Positions 56,162-64,000 of a stretch of DNA of 64,000 bases are shown here, in pieces (the first letter of the stretch is position 1; the number at the start of each line of letters is the position of its first letter). A program made the translations under genes and the position numbers. The notes under the pieces were generated by a model. It saw only the letters and a program-made list of their open reading frames with translations, had not been told where the DNA came from and searched no databases. Source of the DNA: an uncultured bacterium (GTDB lineage: Bacteria > Krumholzibacteriota > Krumholzibacteriia > JAJRXK01); NCBI GenBank assembly GCA_964593155.1, contig CAZQHE010000002.1, forward strand, positions 5,231 through 69,230, written 5' to 3'.

Positions 56162-57202
56162 TCAGTCGGTGTCCTCGCGGTCGAGCCGGATGCGACGGGC
56201 GGCGGTCCAGCCGCTCAGGAACGCGCCTTCCACCCGGGCTCCGGCCGGGCAGCCGTCGCCGGCGATCGCCAACTGCCAGTCCTCGTCCCACAGGCAGGGC
56301 TCCTCGGCCGACACGGTGGGCAGCGCGTAGCGCCATCGATGCGCCCGGACCAGATCGGGCGTGGGCACGTCGTGGGCGATCGCATCGGCCAGGGCCGCGA
56401 GCAGGGACTCGGTCACGTCCTCGTGCGTGTCCTCGAGGTGGGCGTAGGACCACTCGGGCGAGCCGTGCAGGACCCAGGACTCGCCGGGTGCGCCGTCGGG
56501 ATTGCGCCCGGGCTTGGTGTCGTTGTTCGCGATCCAGCTCAGCGGCGACCGGTCGACGAAGGCACCGCCGAAGTCCTGTTCGAGCGAGTGCGGGAAGTGC
56601 GCCATCACCGACCAGCACGGTGCGTAGCGCATGCCGCGCAGGCGTTCGCGCAGCGGAGCCTCGTCGGGGAGCAGGGCGAGGGCCTGGGCCGCGGGCGCGG
56701 TGATCACCAGCGCGTTGCCACGGGCGAGTTCGGAGTCCTCTTCGTCGACCAGCACCCAGGCATCGCCTTCGCGGCGGCAGGCATGGACCAGCGCCGAGTA
56801 CTGCGTGGGGATCGGCTCGGCCAGCGCCCGGGCCAGCCCGTTCATGCCCGGCTGGCACACGTAGCGCTCGGTGTTCTCGCTGCGGGCGCGGATGCTCCCG
56901 GCCTCGAGCGACACCACCGAGGCCTCCCACCGCCGGACGACGGGATCGGCGCCCTCGCGGAAGGGGGCCAGGAAGCGCGCGAACTCGGGGTCGCGCACGG
57001 TGAAGTACTGGGCGCCGTGGTCGAAGGTCAGGGTGTGGGGGCCCAGGGTCTCGCGCCGGGTCGACTGCCGGCCACCCGGACCGCGACCCTTCTCGAGCAC
57101 GGTCACGTCGAGCCCGTGGGTCTGCAGGCGGTGCGCGCAGATCAGACCGGCCAGACCGGCGCCGACCACCAGGACCCGATCGGAAGCGCCTCCGGAGCCC
57201 AT
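56162..57202 (-). CDS. NAD(P)/FAD-dependent oxidoreductase (renalase/amine-oxidase-like)
   Basis: Internal Met at 57202 of ORF 56162..57241, with a GGAGG Shine-Dalgarno 5 nt upstream. The Rossmann motif is VLVVGAGLAGLICAHRL…VTVLEKGRGPGGR. Confidence 0.8.
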   Translation of the reverse strand: MGSGGASDRVLVVGAGLAGLICAHRLQTHGLDVTVLEKGRGPGGRQSTRRETLGPHTLTFDHGAQYFTVRDPEFARFLAPFREGADPVVRRWEASVVSLEAGSIRARSENTERYVCQPGMNGLARALAEPIPTQYSALVHACRREGDAWVLVDEEDSELARGNALVITAPAAQALALLPDEAPLRERLRGMRYAPCWSVMAHFPHSLEQDFGGAFVDRSPLSWIANNDTKPGRNPDGAPGESWVLHGSPEWSYAHLEDTHEDVTESLLAALADAIAHDVPTPDLVRAHRWRYALPTVSAEEPCLWDEDWQLAIAGDGCPAGARVEGAFLSGWTAARRIRLDREDTD

Positions 57203-57537
57203 GACATCCTCCCCGAGACGCGGTGGCCCGCGTCTCCGCACGATTCGACGGATCGGACCTTAGCAGAAAAGCAGCGGGGCGAGGACCACGGCCCTCGCCC
57301 CGGATACGCGTAGGGGCGGGAGGCCCCCTTTTCCCCCCGCCCCCTGCGGACCGACGCTCAACCGTCGGCCCACCTCGGGCGGATCGGTGGCGTTGCGCCC
57401 CGATCCCGAATCGGTCGCGCGGGGGGCGCCCGTGGCTTCCTCCCCGCGCTCACCCCCTTGTTCGGAGCCGATTCGAGGCCGGATGCAGAGAGAATCCGGG
57501 ATCGCGCACGAAATTTCGGGCCGTCCCCGAGCCCGCT

Positions 57538-58614
57538 TCAGCCCCCCGAGCCCAGTCTCCGGCGCAGCCAGGTGGCGCGGGCGGGGGCCGCCGTCGATCC
57601 GGGCCGGCCCACGGGCATCAACGCCGACCACACCGACACCGGCCATCCGGCCCGGATCGCCTCGCGACGGGCCTCGGTGAGGGCCAGGTCCGGGCGGACG
57701 CCGCGGGTGACCAGTTCCATCCACCGCCGTCCCAGGCGACCCAGCGTGGTCTCGGGGACCGGCCACGACGCCACCACCACCAGGGCCGGGCCGGAACCGC
57801 CGCTGGCGAAGGTGCTCGGGGCGAGCGCCGGGCGTGTGCCGGGTCCCAGGTCGCCGGGGAGAGTCCACACCACCGTGCTCGGCAGGGCGCCGAAGGCCGG
57901 GCGGAGTTCGCCCAGCGACTCGGGCGCGGCCCGCAGCCACACCCAGGAGTGCTGGTCGTCCTCGAGCGTGCGGCGCAGGGCGGGAGCGCCGGTGTCGTTG
58001 CGCGGCAGCTGGTCGACGTGCGCCACGGCCGCGCGGAGCGCCAGGCGCAGGGTGTCGGAATCGTCGTGCCGCGGCTCGAGGTTCTCGCGGAACGGCGCCA
58101 CCAGCAGCAGTCGGTCGGCCGACGACGGCGGGGCGGCGCGCGGCACGGGTACGGCCAGGTCGGCCGGCCAGTCGAGGTGTACGGAGTGTTCGGCGGCGAC
58201 CGGGGTCTCGGGCTGCCAGGGCAGTGTCCAGGCGGGGAGGGTGGACCACACATCCGGGACGGGCCCGGTCCCCGCGCTGCGCCAGATCCAGACCGGGGCT
58301 TCGACCAGCACGGCTTCGATCGGCCCGAGCAGGGTGTGCCCCGCCCGCGATCGCAGGGTGGCGTCGTCGCCACCGTCCGCCAGGGTCGCGCGCAGGTCCT
58401 CGAGGATCGCGGTGGCCGCGGGGGGCAGCGACGCGTCCAGGCGCTGGTCGCCGCGCTCGGCGACGATGCGCCCACCGTCGAGGTCCACGGTCACGCGCGC
58501 CACGGGCTCCGCCGGTGGATCCGGCGGCTCGGATCCGCAGCCGGTGGCCAGGAGCAGGGCCAGGAGCGGGGCCAGGGTCTTGGTGCACTGTGTCGGGGTG
58601 GGATTCGCGATCAC
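57538..58614 (-). CDS. hypothetical lipoprotein
   Basis: 358 aa with a lipobox LLATGCGSE after a signal peptide. I recognise no domain. The alternative frame ORF 57260..58663 is Arg/Pro/Gly junk. Confidence 0.5.
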   Translation of the reverse strand: MIANPTPTQCTKTLAPLLALLLATGCGSEPPDPPAEPVARVTVDLDGGRIVAERGDQRLDASLPPAATAILEDLRATLADGGDDATLRSRAGHTLLGPIEAVLVEAPVWIWRSAGTGPVPDVWSTLPAWTLPWQPETPVAAEHSVHLDWPADLAVPVPRAAPPSSADRLLLVAPFRENLEPRHDDSDTLRLALRAAVAHVDQLPRNDTGAPALRRTLEDDQHSWVWLRAAPESLGELRPAFGALPSTVVWTLPGDLGPGTRPALAPSTFASGGSGPALVVVASWPVPETTLGRLGRRWMELVTRGVRPDLALTEARREAIRAGWPVSVWSALMPVGRPGSTAAPARATWLRRRLGSGG

Positions 58615-58661
58615 TGCGCGGCGTCCTATCGTGTCGGGCGTCCCCGCGAGCGAGGTGCGCC

Positions 58662-59228
58662 ATGTCCGAGACCTACACGTTGCTGCTCCGCTCCGACGCC
58701 GGCCACGCCCGCGCGGCCGAGCGCGAGGGTCTGATCGCCCACCTCACGCGCATTCCGGGCGTCGTCGAGCGCGGGCCCGACCGCTACGTCTTCGGCGACG
58801 AGGACGAGCACGGGATCATGGAGCTCGACGTGTTCGTACGCCGCGACGGCGGCCGCGTCGAGCCCGAAGACGTGCGCGACGACGAGGCCGCCACCGTGCA
58901 CGAGGTCGAGGTCCGCGTGCCGCGGCCCTGGGTCATGGAGCACGGTCCCCGGGTCTTCGCCCTGGTGTTCATGCTCGCCGAATGGGCCGAGTGGGAGGTC
59001 TTCGATCCGCAGATCGACGACCGCCTGCAGAAGGAAGCCGTCCTGTCGGGGCTGGTGGCCATGCGTCAGGCGCAGCGCGAGCAGGAGGCCCGGGAGGCGG
59101 GCGAGAGCGAGCAGCTCCCGGGCGATCCACCGCCCCTGCACTCCGACTACCAGCCCTCGACCCCACCGCCTTCGGAGACGAACGGCGACACGAAGCCGCG
59201 CCGCCGTGCGTGGTGGAAGAGGGGCTGA
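58662..59228 (+). CDS. hypothetical protein
   Basis: Internal ATG of ORF 57834..59228 gives a 188-aa acidic protein (MSETYTLLLRSDAGHARAAEREGLIAHLTRIPGVVERGPDRYVFGDEDEHGIMELDVFVRR…). It is divergent from the lipoprotein gene. It has no recognised domain. Confidence 0.4.
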   Translation: MSETYTLLLRSDAGHARAAEREGLIAHLTRIPGVVERGPDRYVFGDEDEHGIMELDVFVRRDGGRVEPEDVRDDEAATVHEVEVRVPRPWVMEHGPRVFALVFMLAEWAEWEVFDPQIDDRLQKEAVLSGLVAMRQAQREQEAREAGESEQLPGDPPPLHSDYQPSTPPPSETNGDTKPRRRAWWKRG

Positions 59229-59232
59229 GCGC

Positions 59233-59955
59233 TCAGGCCGCCTCGACCTGCGCGTGCATGCGGGCCACCAGGTCCTCGTCGAGCCCCAGCCGCGCGCGCA
59301 GCATGGCCAGGTAGGCCTTCTCGGCCTCGGTGTCGACCTCGATCGCCAGCAGTGCCGCCGCGTAGACCTCGGCCTTGAGTTCGTCGGTGGTCGCCGACTG
59401 GACCAGGCGGTCCATGTCGACCGGCGAGCGCAGCTCGTCGAGCAGGCGGTTGCGGCTCTCGGGATCCAGGTCGAGCTGCTCGGCGTGTTCGAGCACGCGG
59501 TTCATCTCGTCGCCGTCGAGCTTTCCGTCGGCGCGCGCGGCGGCGATCATCGAGCGCAGGATCAAGAGTCCCTGGTCGTTCGCGGCCTCGGTGTCGGGAG
59601 CCGGAGCGAACCCGCTGTCGGGTGGTGGTGGGGCCAGCTCCTCGCCCGACGGCTGCGTGGCGCCCGCCGGCGCGCCCGCGGGCGGGACCGTGCCGGAGGT
59701 CTGCTGGCCGGGAACGGCCTTGCTCTGCTGGTGCTGCTTGTAGGCGTTGTAGGCGAGGGCGCCCACGGCGGCGATGCCGCCGTACTTGAGGGCCTTCTTG
59801 CCCATCTTGCGTCCGCCCTTGCTGGTGAGCATGCCGCCGGCGAGGCCGCCGGCGAAGCCCGAGGCGGCGGGGCTGCCCAGGAGTTGGCCCAGGATCTTGT
59901 CGGCGTTGAACACGTCGGCCTCCGTCGTCGTGGGGAGCGGTCCCGGTCGCGACAA
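59233..59955 (-). CDS. TerB-like / DUF533-family protein
   Basis: 240 aa. The C-terminal …ILRSMIAAARADGKLDGDEMNRVLEHAEQLDLDPESRNRLLDEL…YAAALLAIEVDTEAEKAYLAMLRARLGLD… matches DUF533/TerB-like tellurite-resistance-like domains. The N-terminal half is Gly/Ala-rich. Confidence 0.55.
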   Translation of the reverse strand: MSRPGPLPTTTEADVFNADKILGQLLGSPAASGFAGGLAGGMLTSKGGRKMGKKALKYGGIAAVGALAYNAYKQHQQSKAVPGQQTSGTVPPAGAPAGATQPSGEELAPPPPDSGFAPAPDTEAANDQGLLILRSMIAAARADGKLDGDEMNRVLEHAEQLDLDPESRNRLLDELRSPVDMDRLVQSATTDELKAEVYAAALLAIEVDTEAEKAYLAMLRARLGLDEDLVARMHAQVEAA

Positions 59956-59986
59956 TGTAGCGGCGCCGGCGGTGGCCGCCGCTCGG

Positions 59987-61167
59987 TCAGAACGCGTCCT
60001 GTCCCGTGAGCCCGCGGCCGAGGATCAGGGTGTGCACCTCGTGTGTGCCCTCGTAGGTGTAGACGCTCTCGAGGTTCAGCATGTGGCGCACGGCGGCGAA
60101 CTCCACGCTGATGCCGTTGCCGCCGAGGATCGAGCGGCAGGTGCGCGCGGTCTCGAGCGCCATGGCCACGTTGTTGCGCTTGCTCAGTGAGACCTGGAAG
60201 GGACTCACGCTGCCGTGCTGGTCCTTCAGGCGCGAAAGGTGCAGCATCAGCACTTCGGCCAGCGCGATCTGCGTGCCGCAGTCGGCGAGCTGCTTCTGGA
60301 TGAGCTGCTTCGACGTGATGGGCTTGTCGAAGACGATGCGCTGGTTGCCGTAGTCGAGGGCCTCGTCGAAGCAGGCCTTGGCCGCGCCGATCGCACCCCA
60401 CGCGATGCCGAAGCGCGCCTGGTTCAGACAGGCCAGCGCGCTGCCCAGCCCCTTGGTGCCCGGCAGCATGGCGCTCTTCGGCACGCGCACGTCGTTCAGC
60501 GTGATCTCGCCGGTGTGGCTCGCACGCAGGCTCATCTTGTGGTGGGTGGTCGGGCACTCGACGCCCTCGACGCCCGTCTCGACCACGAAGCCGCGGATGG
60601 ACCTGGGATCGTCGCTGTCGACCTTCGCCCATACGATGCACAGGTCGGCTATGGGCGAGTTCGTGATCCACATCTTGGCGCCGTTGATCACGTAGTCGTC
60701 GCCGTCGCTGCGGGCCATGGTCTTCATGGCGCCGGGGTCGCTTCCGGCGTCGGGCTCGGTCAGACCGAAGCAGCCGATGAGCTCGCCAGCGGCCATCTTC
60801 GGCAGGTACTGTTCCTTCTGCTCGTCACTGCCGAAGCGGAAGATCGGGTACATGCACAGCGCGCCCTGCACGCTCACGAAGCTGCGCAGGCCACTGTCGC
60901 CGTACTCGAGTTCCTGCAGGGCCAGGCCGTACTGCACGGTGTTCATGCCGGCCGCGCCGTACTCGGTGGGAAGCGAGGCGCCGAGCAGGCCGAGGTCGGC
61001 GATCTGCGGGATCAGCTCGTTCGGGAACTCGCCCTTCTCGAACCACTCGCCCGCCTGCGGCAGGTAGCGGTCGCGCACGAAGCGGCGCGTGGTCTCGCGC
61101 ACCAGCCGTTCCTCGTCGGTGAGCTGGCCCTCGATGGCGATGAGTTCGTCGAGGGAGATGGCGTCCA
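59987..61167 (-). CDS. acyl-CoA dehydrogenase (glutaryl-CoA dehydrogenase-like)
   Basis: Internal Met at 61167 of ORF 59987..61279 (393 aa). ACAD motifs are …GCFGLTEPDAGSDPGAMKTMAR…YVINGAKMWITN…YTYEGTHEVHTLILGRGLTG. Confidence 0.9.
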
Positions 61168-61282
61168 TGGCACGGATCCTTTCGGGGCGGACGATTCCGC
61201 CGGGGGCATCGGGGCGCGGCATCCCGGCCGGCGACGGCGCAGGGCAAGATGCGCGCGGGGTGGGGGCGCGGCAAGGCACGGC

Positions 61283-61975
61283 TCAGCCGGCGGCGCGGTG
61301 ACCTCCGTGCATGCGCGGCGATACGGGGAGCGACTCGAGCGTCGCCGCCTCGATCTCGCTGCGGCGGGCCAGCTCCTCGCGCACGACCGCGGGGTCGAAG
61401 TAGACGTCGGCGAGGGCCACGAACATGTGCGCGTGGCCGCTCTCGCTGCGGGCCAGGCGCTCGTAGAACGTCGCCAGGTCCTGGCTCCCTTCCACGCGCC
61501 CCTCGAAGGGGCCGCGCAGGCCGCGTGTGAGCGCCAGGAAGCGCTCGCACGAGCGGGCCTCGATCATCGCGCACACGAGCAGGTCGTCGAGCAGCGCGAA
61601 GTCGCCGCCGCGGCGGTCGCGGGCCATGCCCTTCATGTAGGGATTCGACACGGGGCGCGAAGGGGATCCACCGCGGTCGAGCAGCACCTGCCGGACCATG
61701 CGGTAGTGGACCATCTCCTCCTTGGCCAGGCTCGCCATGCGGCGCACCAGTTCGTCGTGCTCGGGGAAGCGACCGACGGTGGCCAGGGCGTTGCTGGACG
61801 CCTTGAGCTCGCACTGCGCGTGGTCGTCGAGCAGGGCGTCGACGTCGGACAGGGCGGCCTCGATCCACGTGTCGCGGGTGGGACAGCCGAGCGGAACGGA
61901 GGCGGTCACCGTGGCCAGGGCACGCTCGTGCTCGGCCAGGGCGACCACGTCGGGATGCGAAGTCGGTGCGTTCAT
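61283..61975 (-). CDS. MiaE-like ferritin-fold di-iron hydroxylase (tRNA ms2io6A hydroxylase family)
   Basis: Internal Met at 61975 of ORF 61283..63160 (230 aa). Di-iron E…H motifs are …DHAQCELKASSNALA…LAKEEMVHYRMV…CAMIEARSCERF…RSESGHAHMFVAL…. Confidence 0.55.
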   Translation of the reverse strand: MNAPTSHPDVVALAEHERALATVTASVPLGCPTRDTWIEAALSDVDALLDDHAQCELKASSNALATVGRFPEHDELVRRMASLAKEEMVHYRMVRQVLLDRGGSPSRPVSNPYMKGMARDRRGGDFALLDDLLVCAMIEARSCERFLALTRGLRGPFEGRVEGSQDLATFYERLARSESGHAHMFVALADVYFDPAVVREELARRSEIEAATLESLPVSPRMHGGHRAAG

Positions 61976-62080
61976 GGATCCCAGGGTAGCACGAAGTCCG
62001 GCGGGCGCCGCTTGCGCGCACCGCCGCGGGTGGGCATCCTCTCGACTCGCCCGCGACGACCCCGCTCCCGAGGAGCATCC

Positions 62081-62980
62081 GTGATCGACCCCACCGCGCT
62101 CGCCCCGACCGGCTGGACGCTCGACGGCGCCTTCGCCGACCGCCTGCACGCCGCCACGGCCCATCTGCACGAACACGACATCACCGGTGCCCGGACCGGT
62201 CTGGTGCTGGGCAGCGGGCTCGGCGGTCTGATCGACCGCACCGAGACGGTGGCGTCGGTTCCCTTCGACGGCATTCCCGGCTTCCACGCGGCTTCGGTGG
62301 TGGGGCACTCCGGGCGGGTGGTCCAGGCGCGGCGCGACGGGGCGGAGTTCCTGGTGCTGCAGGGACGTCTGCACGCCTACGAGGGGTTCGACCTGGGCAG
62401 CGTGATCCTGCCGGTGGCGGTGCTGTGTGCACTCGGCTGTGAGACGGTCGTGCTCACCAACGCGGCCGGCGGTCTCGACCCCGACATGCGAGCGGGAGAC
62501 GTCGCGGTGTTGACCGGGCTGATCGATCTTCACCTGAAGGACGCCCTGCGCGGGGTGCTGGTCCCCGACGGCGAGATCCCCTCGGGGTTGGCCGCGCGCG
62601 CGGCGACCCCCGGATCGTTGTTCGATCCCGCTCTGGCCGCGCAGCTGCGCGCGGTGGCCGCCGACGAGCGCATCGCGCCCCACACGGGAACCTACGTGTC
62701 GCTGTGGGGTCCGAACTACGAGAGCCCCGTCGAGATCGGCTTCTTGCGCCGCCTCGGCGGCGTGGCCGTGGGGATGTCGACCGGCCCCGAGGCGGTGGTG
62801 GCGCGCGCGCTGGGGGCGCGGGTCGGAGGCGTCTCGCTGATCACGAACGTCGCGGTCGAGGCCGGCGGCGGGGTGGTCACCCACGACGAGGTCGTCGAGG
62901 TCGGCGCCGCCCGACGCGACGCCATGGAAGCGCTGCTGCTGTCGGCGGTCGATCGTCTGGCGACCGCGGAGGACGCATGA
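62081..62980 (+). CDS. purine nucleoside phosphorylase (PNP family 2, PunA-like)
   Basis: GTG 62081 with an AGGAG Shine-Dalgarno; C-terminal part of track ORF 60215..62980. PNP motifs are …GLVLGSGLGGL…HSGRVVQARRDGAEFLVLQGRLHAYEG…TNAAGGL…GPNYESPVEIGFLRRLGGVAVGMSTGPE…. Confidence 0.85.
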   Translation: MIDPTALAPTGWTLDGAFADRLHAATAHLHEHDITGARTGLVLGSGLGGLIDRTETVASVPFDGIPGFHAASVVGHSGRVVQARRDGAEFLVLQGRLHAYEGFDLGSVILPVAVLCALGCETVVLTNAAGGLDPDMRAGDVAVLTGLIDLHLKDALRGVLVPDGEIPSGLAARAATPGSLFDPALAAQLRAVAADERIAPHTGTYVSLWGPNYESPVEIGFLRRLGGVAVGMSTGPEAVVARALGARVGGVSLITNVAVEAGGGVVTHDEVVEVGAARRDAMEALLLSAVDRLATAEDA

Positions 62981-64000
62981 TCCGCACCCTGTTCGCCGTC
63001 CTCGTGGCCGGCTTCGCGCTGGTGTCGCCCGCGGGGGCCCAGGACCGTCCGAACCTGTTGATCCTGTCGATCGACACGCTCCGCGCCGATCACGTGTCTT
63101 GCTACGGCTACGATCGGCCGACGACGCCTTCGATCGACCTGGTCGCGGCCAACGGGACACGTTTCGCCGCCGCGCGGTCGGTGGCGCCGTGGACCCTGCC
63201 GAGCTTCGCCAGCATGTTCACCGGCCGGTATCCCACGCGGCACGGAGCCGGGGCCGCCGGTCCGGTGCGCAACGTGGCGACCGAGCCGCCGCGGACCCTG
63301 GCCGCGCAGGTGCCCACGTTGGCCGAGGTGCTGCGCGACGCCGGCTACCGCACGCACGCCATCACGTCGAATCCCTACCTGCGCTTCGGGCCGGTGCGCG
63401 GCTTCGACGATCCCGTGGTGAAACCCGTCCGCGCCGATCGCATCGGAGCGCTGAGCCGCGACTGGCTCGGCCGCCACGCCGACGATCGGCCGTGGTACCT
63501 GTGGGTGCACTTCAACGATCCCCACGAGCCGACCCGGGCGGTCGACGCGCAGCTGCGCGCGATCGGCGCCGACGAGTCGGTTCTCGACGACCCCCACCGT
63601 GCTTCGCTCGAGCGTTGGGGCGATCGCGAGGCCGGCACCTATCTCGGCAATCGCGCCAGCGAGTCCGAGGTCCGCGACCTGCTGCGCACCAAGATCGCCC
63701 TGTACGACGCCACCATCCGCCAGGTCGACCTCGAGATCGGTCTGATCCTCGAGCTCCTGCAACGGCGCGACCTGTTGCGCGACACGCTGGTGGTGGTCGT
63801 CGCCGACCACGGCGAGGAGTTCCTCGACCACGCCGAGGAGGGACGGGCCTGGAACCACGATCCACGTGGGATCTGGGGGATCGGCCACGGCCACACGCTG
63901 TTCGAGGAACAGCTGCACGTGCCGCTGGTGCTCATGGGGCCGCGCGTGCAGCCGAACCGCATGATCGCCGAGCAGTTCCCGCTGACCGAGCTCATGCCCA
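62977..64000 (+). CDS. sulfatase (alkaline-phosphatase superfamily), partial, continues past window end
   Basis: Not in the ORF track because it is open-ended. ATG 62977 has an ATGA overlap with the PNP stop. The signal peptide is MIRTLFAVLVAGFALVSPAGAQ. The sulfatase N-terminus is LILSIDTLRADHVSCYGYDRPTTPSIDLVAANGTRF…SFASMFTGRYP… with the Cys in the C-x-P-x-R-like context. …VVVADHGEEF… follows further on. Confidence 0.85.
   Translation, partial: MIRTLFAVLVAGFALVSPAGAQDRPNLLILSIDTLRADHVSCYGYDRPTTPSIDLVAANGTRFAAARSVAPWTLPSFASMFTGRYPTRHGAGAAGPVRNVATEPPRTLAAQVPTLAEVLRDAGYRTHAITSNPYLRFGPVRGFDDPVVKPVRADRIGALSRDWLGRHADDRPWYLWVHFNDPHEPTRAVDAQLRAIGADESVLDDPHRASLERWGDREAGTYLGNRASESEVRDLLRTKIALYDATIRQVDLEIGLILELLQRRDLLRDTLVVVVADHGEEFLDHAEEGRAWNHDPRGIWGIGHGHTLFEEQLHVPLVLMGPRVQPNRMIAEQFPLTELMP

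Noticed and set aside
57260-58663. 467-aa - strand ORF in an alternative frame to the lipoprotein gene
   Set aside because: It is Arg/Pro/Gly-dominated. The other frame (57538..58614) gives a signal peptide, a lipobox and balanced composition.
60215-62080. Upstream ~620 codons of the 921-aa + strand ORF 60215..62980
   Set aside because: Only the last 300 codons, from GTG 62081 with an AGGAG Shine-Dalgarno, encode the purine nucleoside phosphorylase. The upstream part is antisense to the acyl-CoA dehydrogenase and MiaE-like genes and is low complexity.

Overview
This is a gene-dense, ~70% GC bacterial chromosomal segment. I found no rRNA, tRNA, CRISPR array, transposase, integrase or phage genes. 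Many long ORFs in the six-frame track are antisense artefacts of the high GC content, rich in Arg, Gly, His and Asp, and I rejected them.

Genes I can support from the sequence:
- A complete 11-gene complex I operon, nuoA-B-C-D-H-I-J-K-L-M-N (4541..15238, + strand), with no nuoE, nuoF or nuoG.
- A 1173-aa secreted C25 (gingipain-like) cysteine peptidase with a P-domain and a type-A T9SS C-terminal sorting domain.
- A minus-strand trio of an APH-like kinase, a DPPY methyltransferase and a NUDIX hydrolase.
- A CBM9-like/DUF5916 outer-membrane protein.
- A plus-strand run of sbcD-like, sbcC-like, pgi and a hybrid sensor kinase whose kinase core looks catalytically degenerate.
- A PAP2 phosphatase, phosphoglucomutase/phosphomannomutase and an agmatinase-family ureohydrolase.
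- A tight minus-strand string (42275..35411): an Omp85 protein, a selD whose catalytic residue is a UGA-encoded selenocysteine (the ORF track truncates this gene), a NYN-S1 protein, a RibD_C-ASCH fusion, and a translationally coupled cupin/membrane protein/DUF429 (RNase-H-fold)/membrane protein quartet.
- An SPFH/hypothetical/Hsp20 trio flanked by two Omp85-family genes, and a MOP-family flippase.
- A rhomboid protease operon that includes a DUF2064 transferase, with a GT2 glycosyltransferase and a small cNMP-binding protein adjacent on the + strand.
- A TLC-like transporter/HEAT fusion coupled to a tandem-cNMP protein.
- An FAD oxidoreductase, acyl-CoA dehydrogenase, MiaE-like hydroxylase, purine nucleoside phosphorylase, and a sulfatase running off the window end.

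The loci most worth follow-up are the Sec-recoded selD, the NYN/ASCH/DUF429 gene string, the DUF2064+GT2 pair (a possible selenium link), the TLC-HEAT/cNMP pair, and the pseudo-kinase hybrid sensor.
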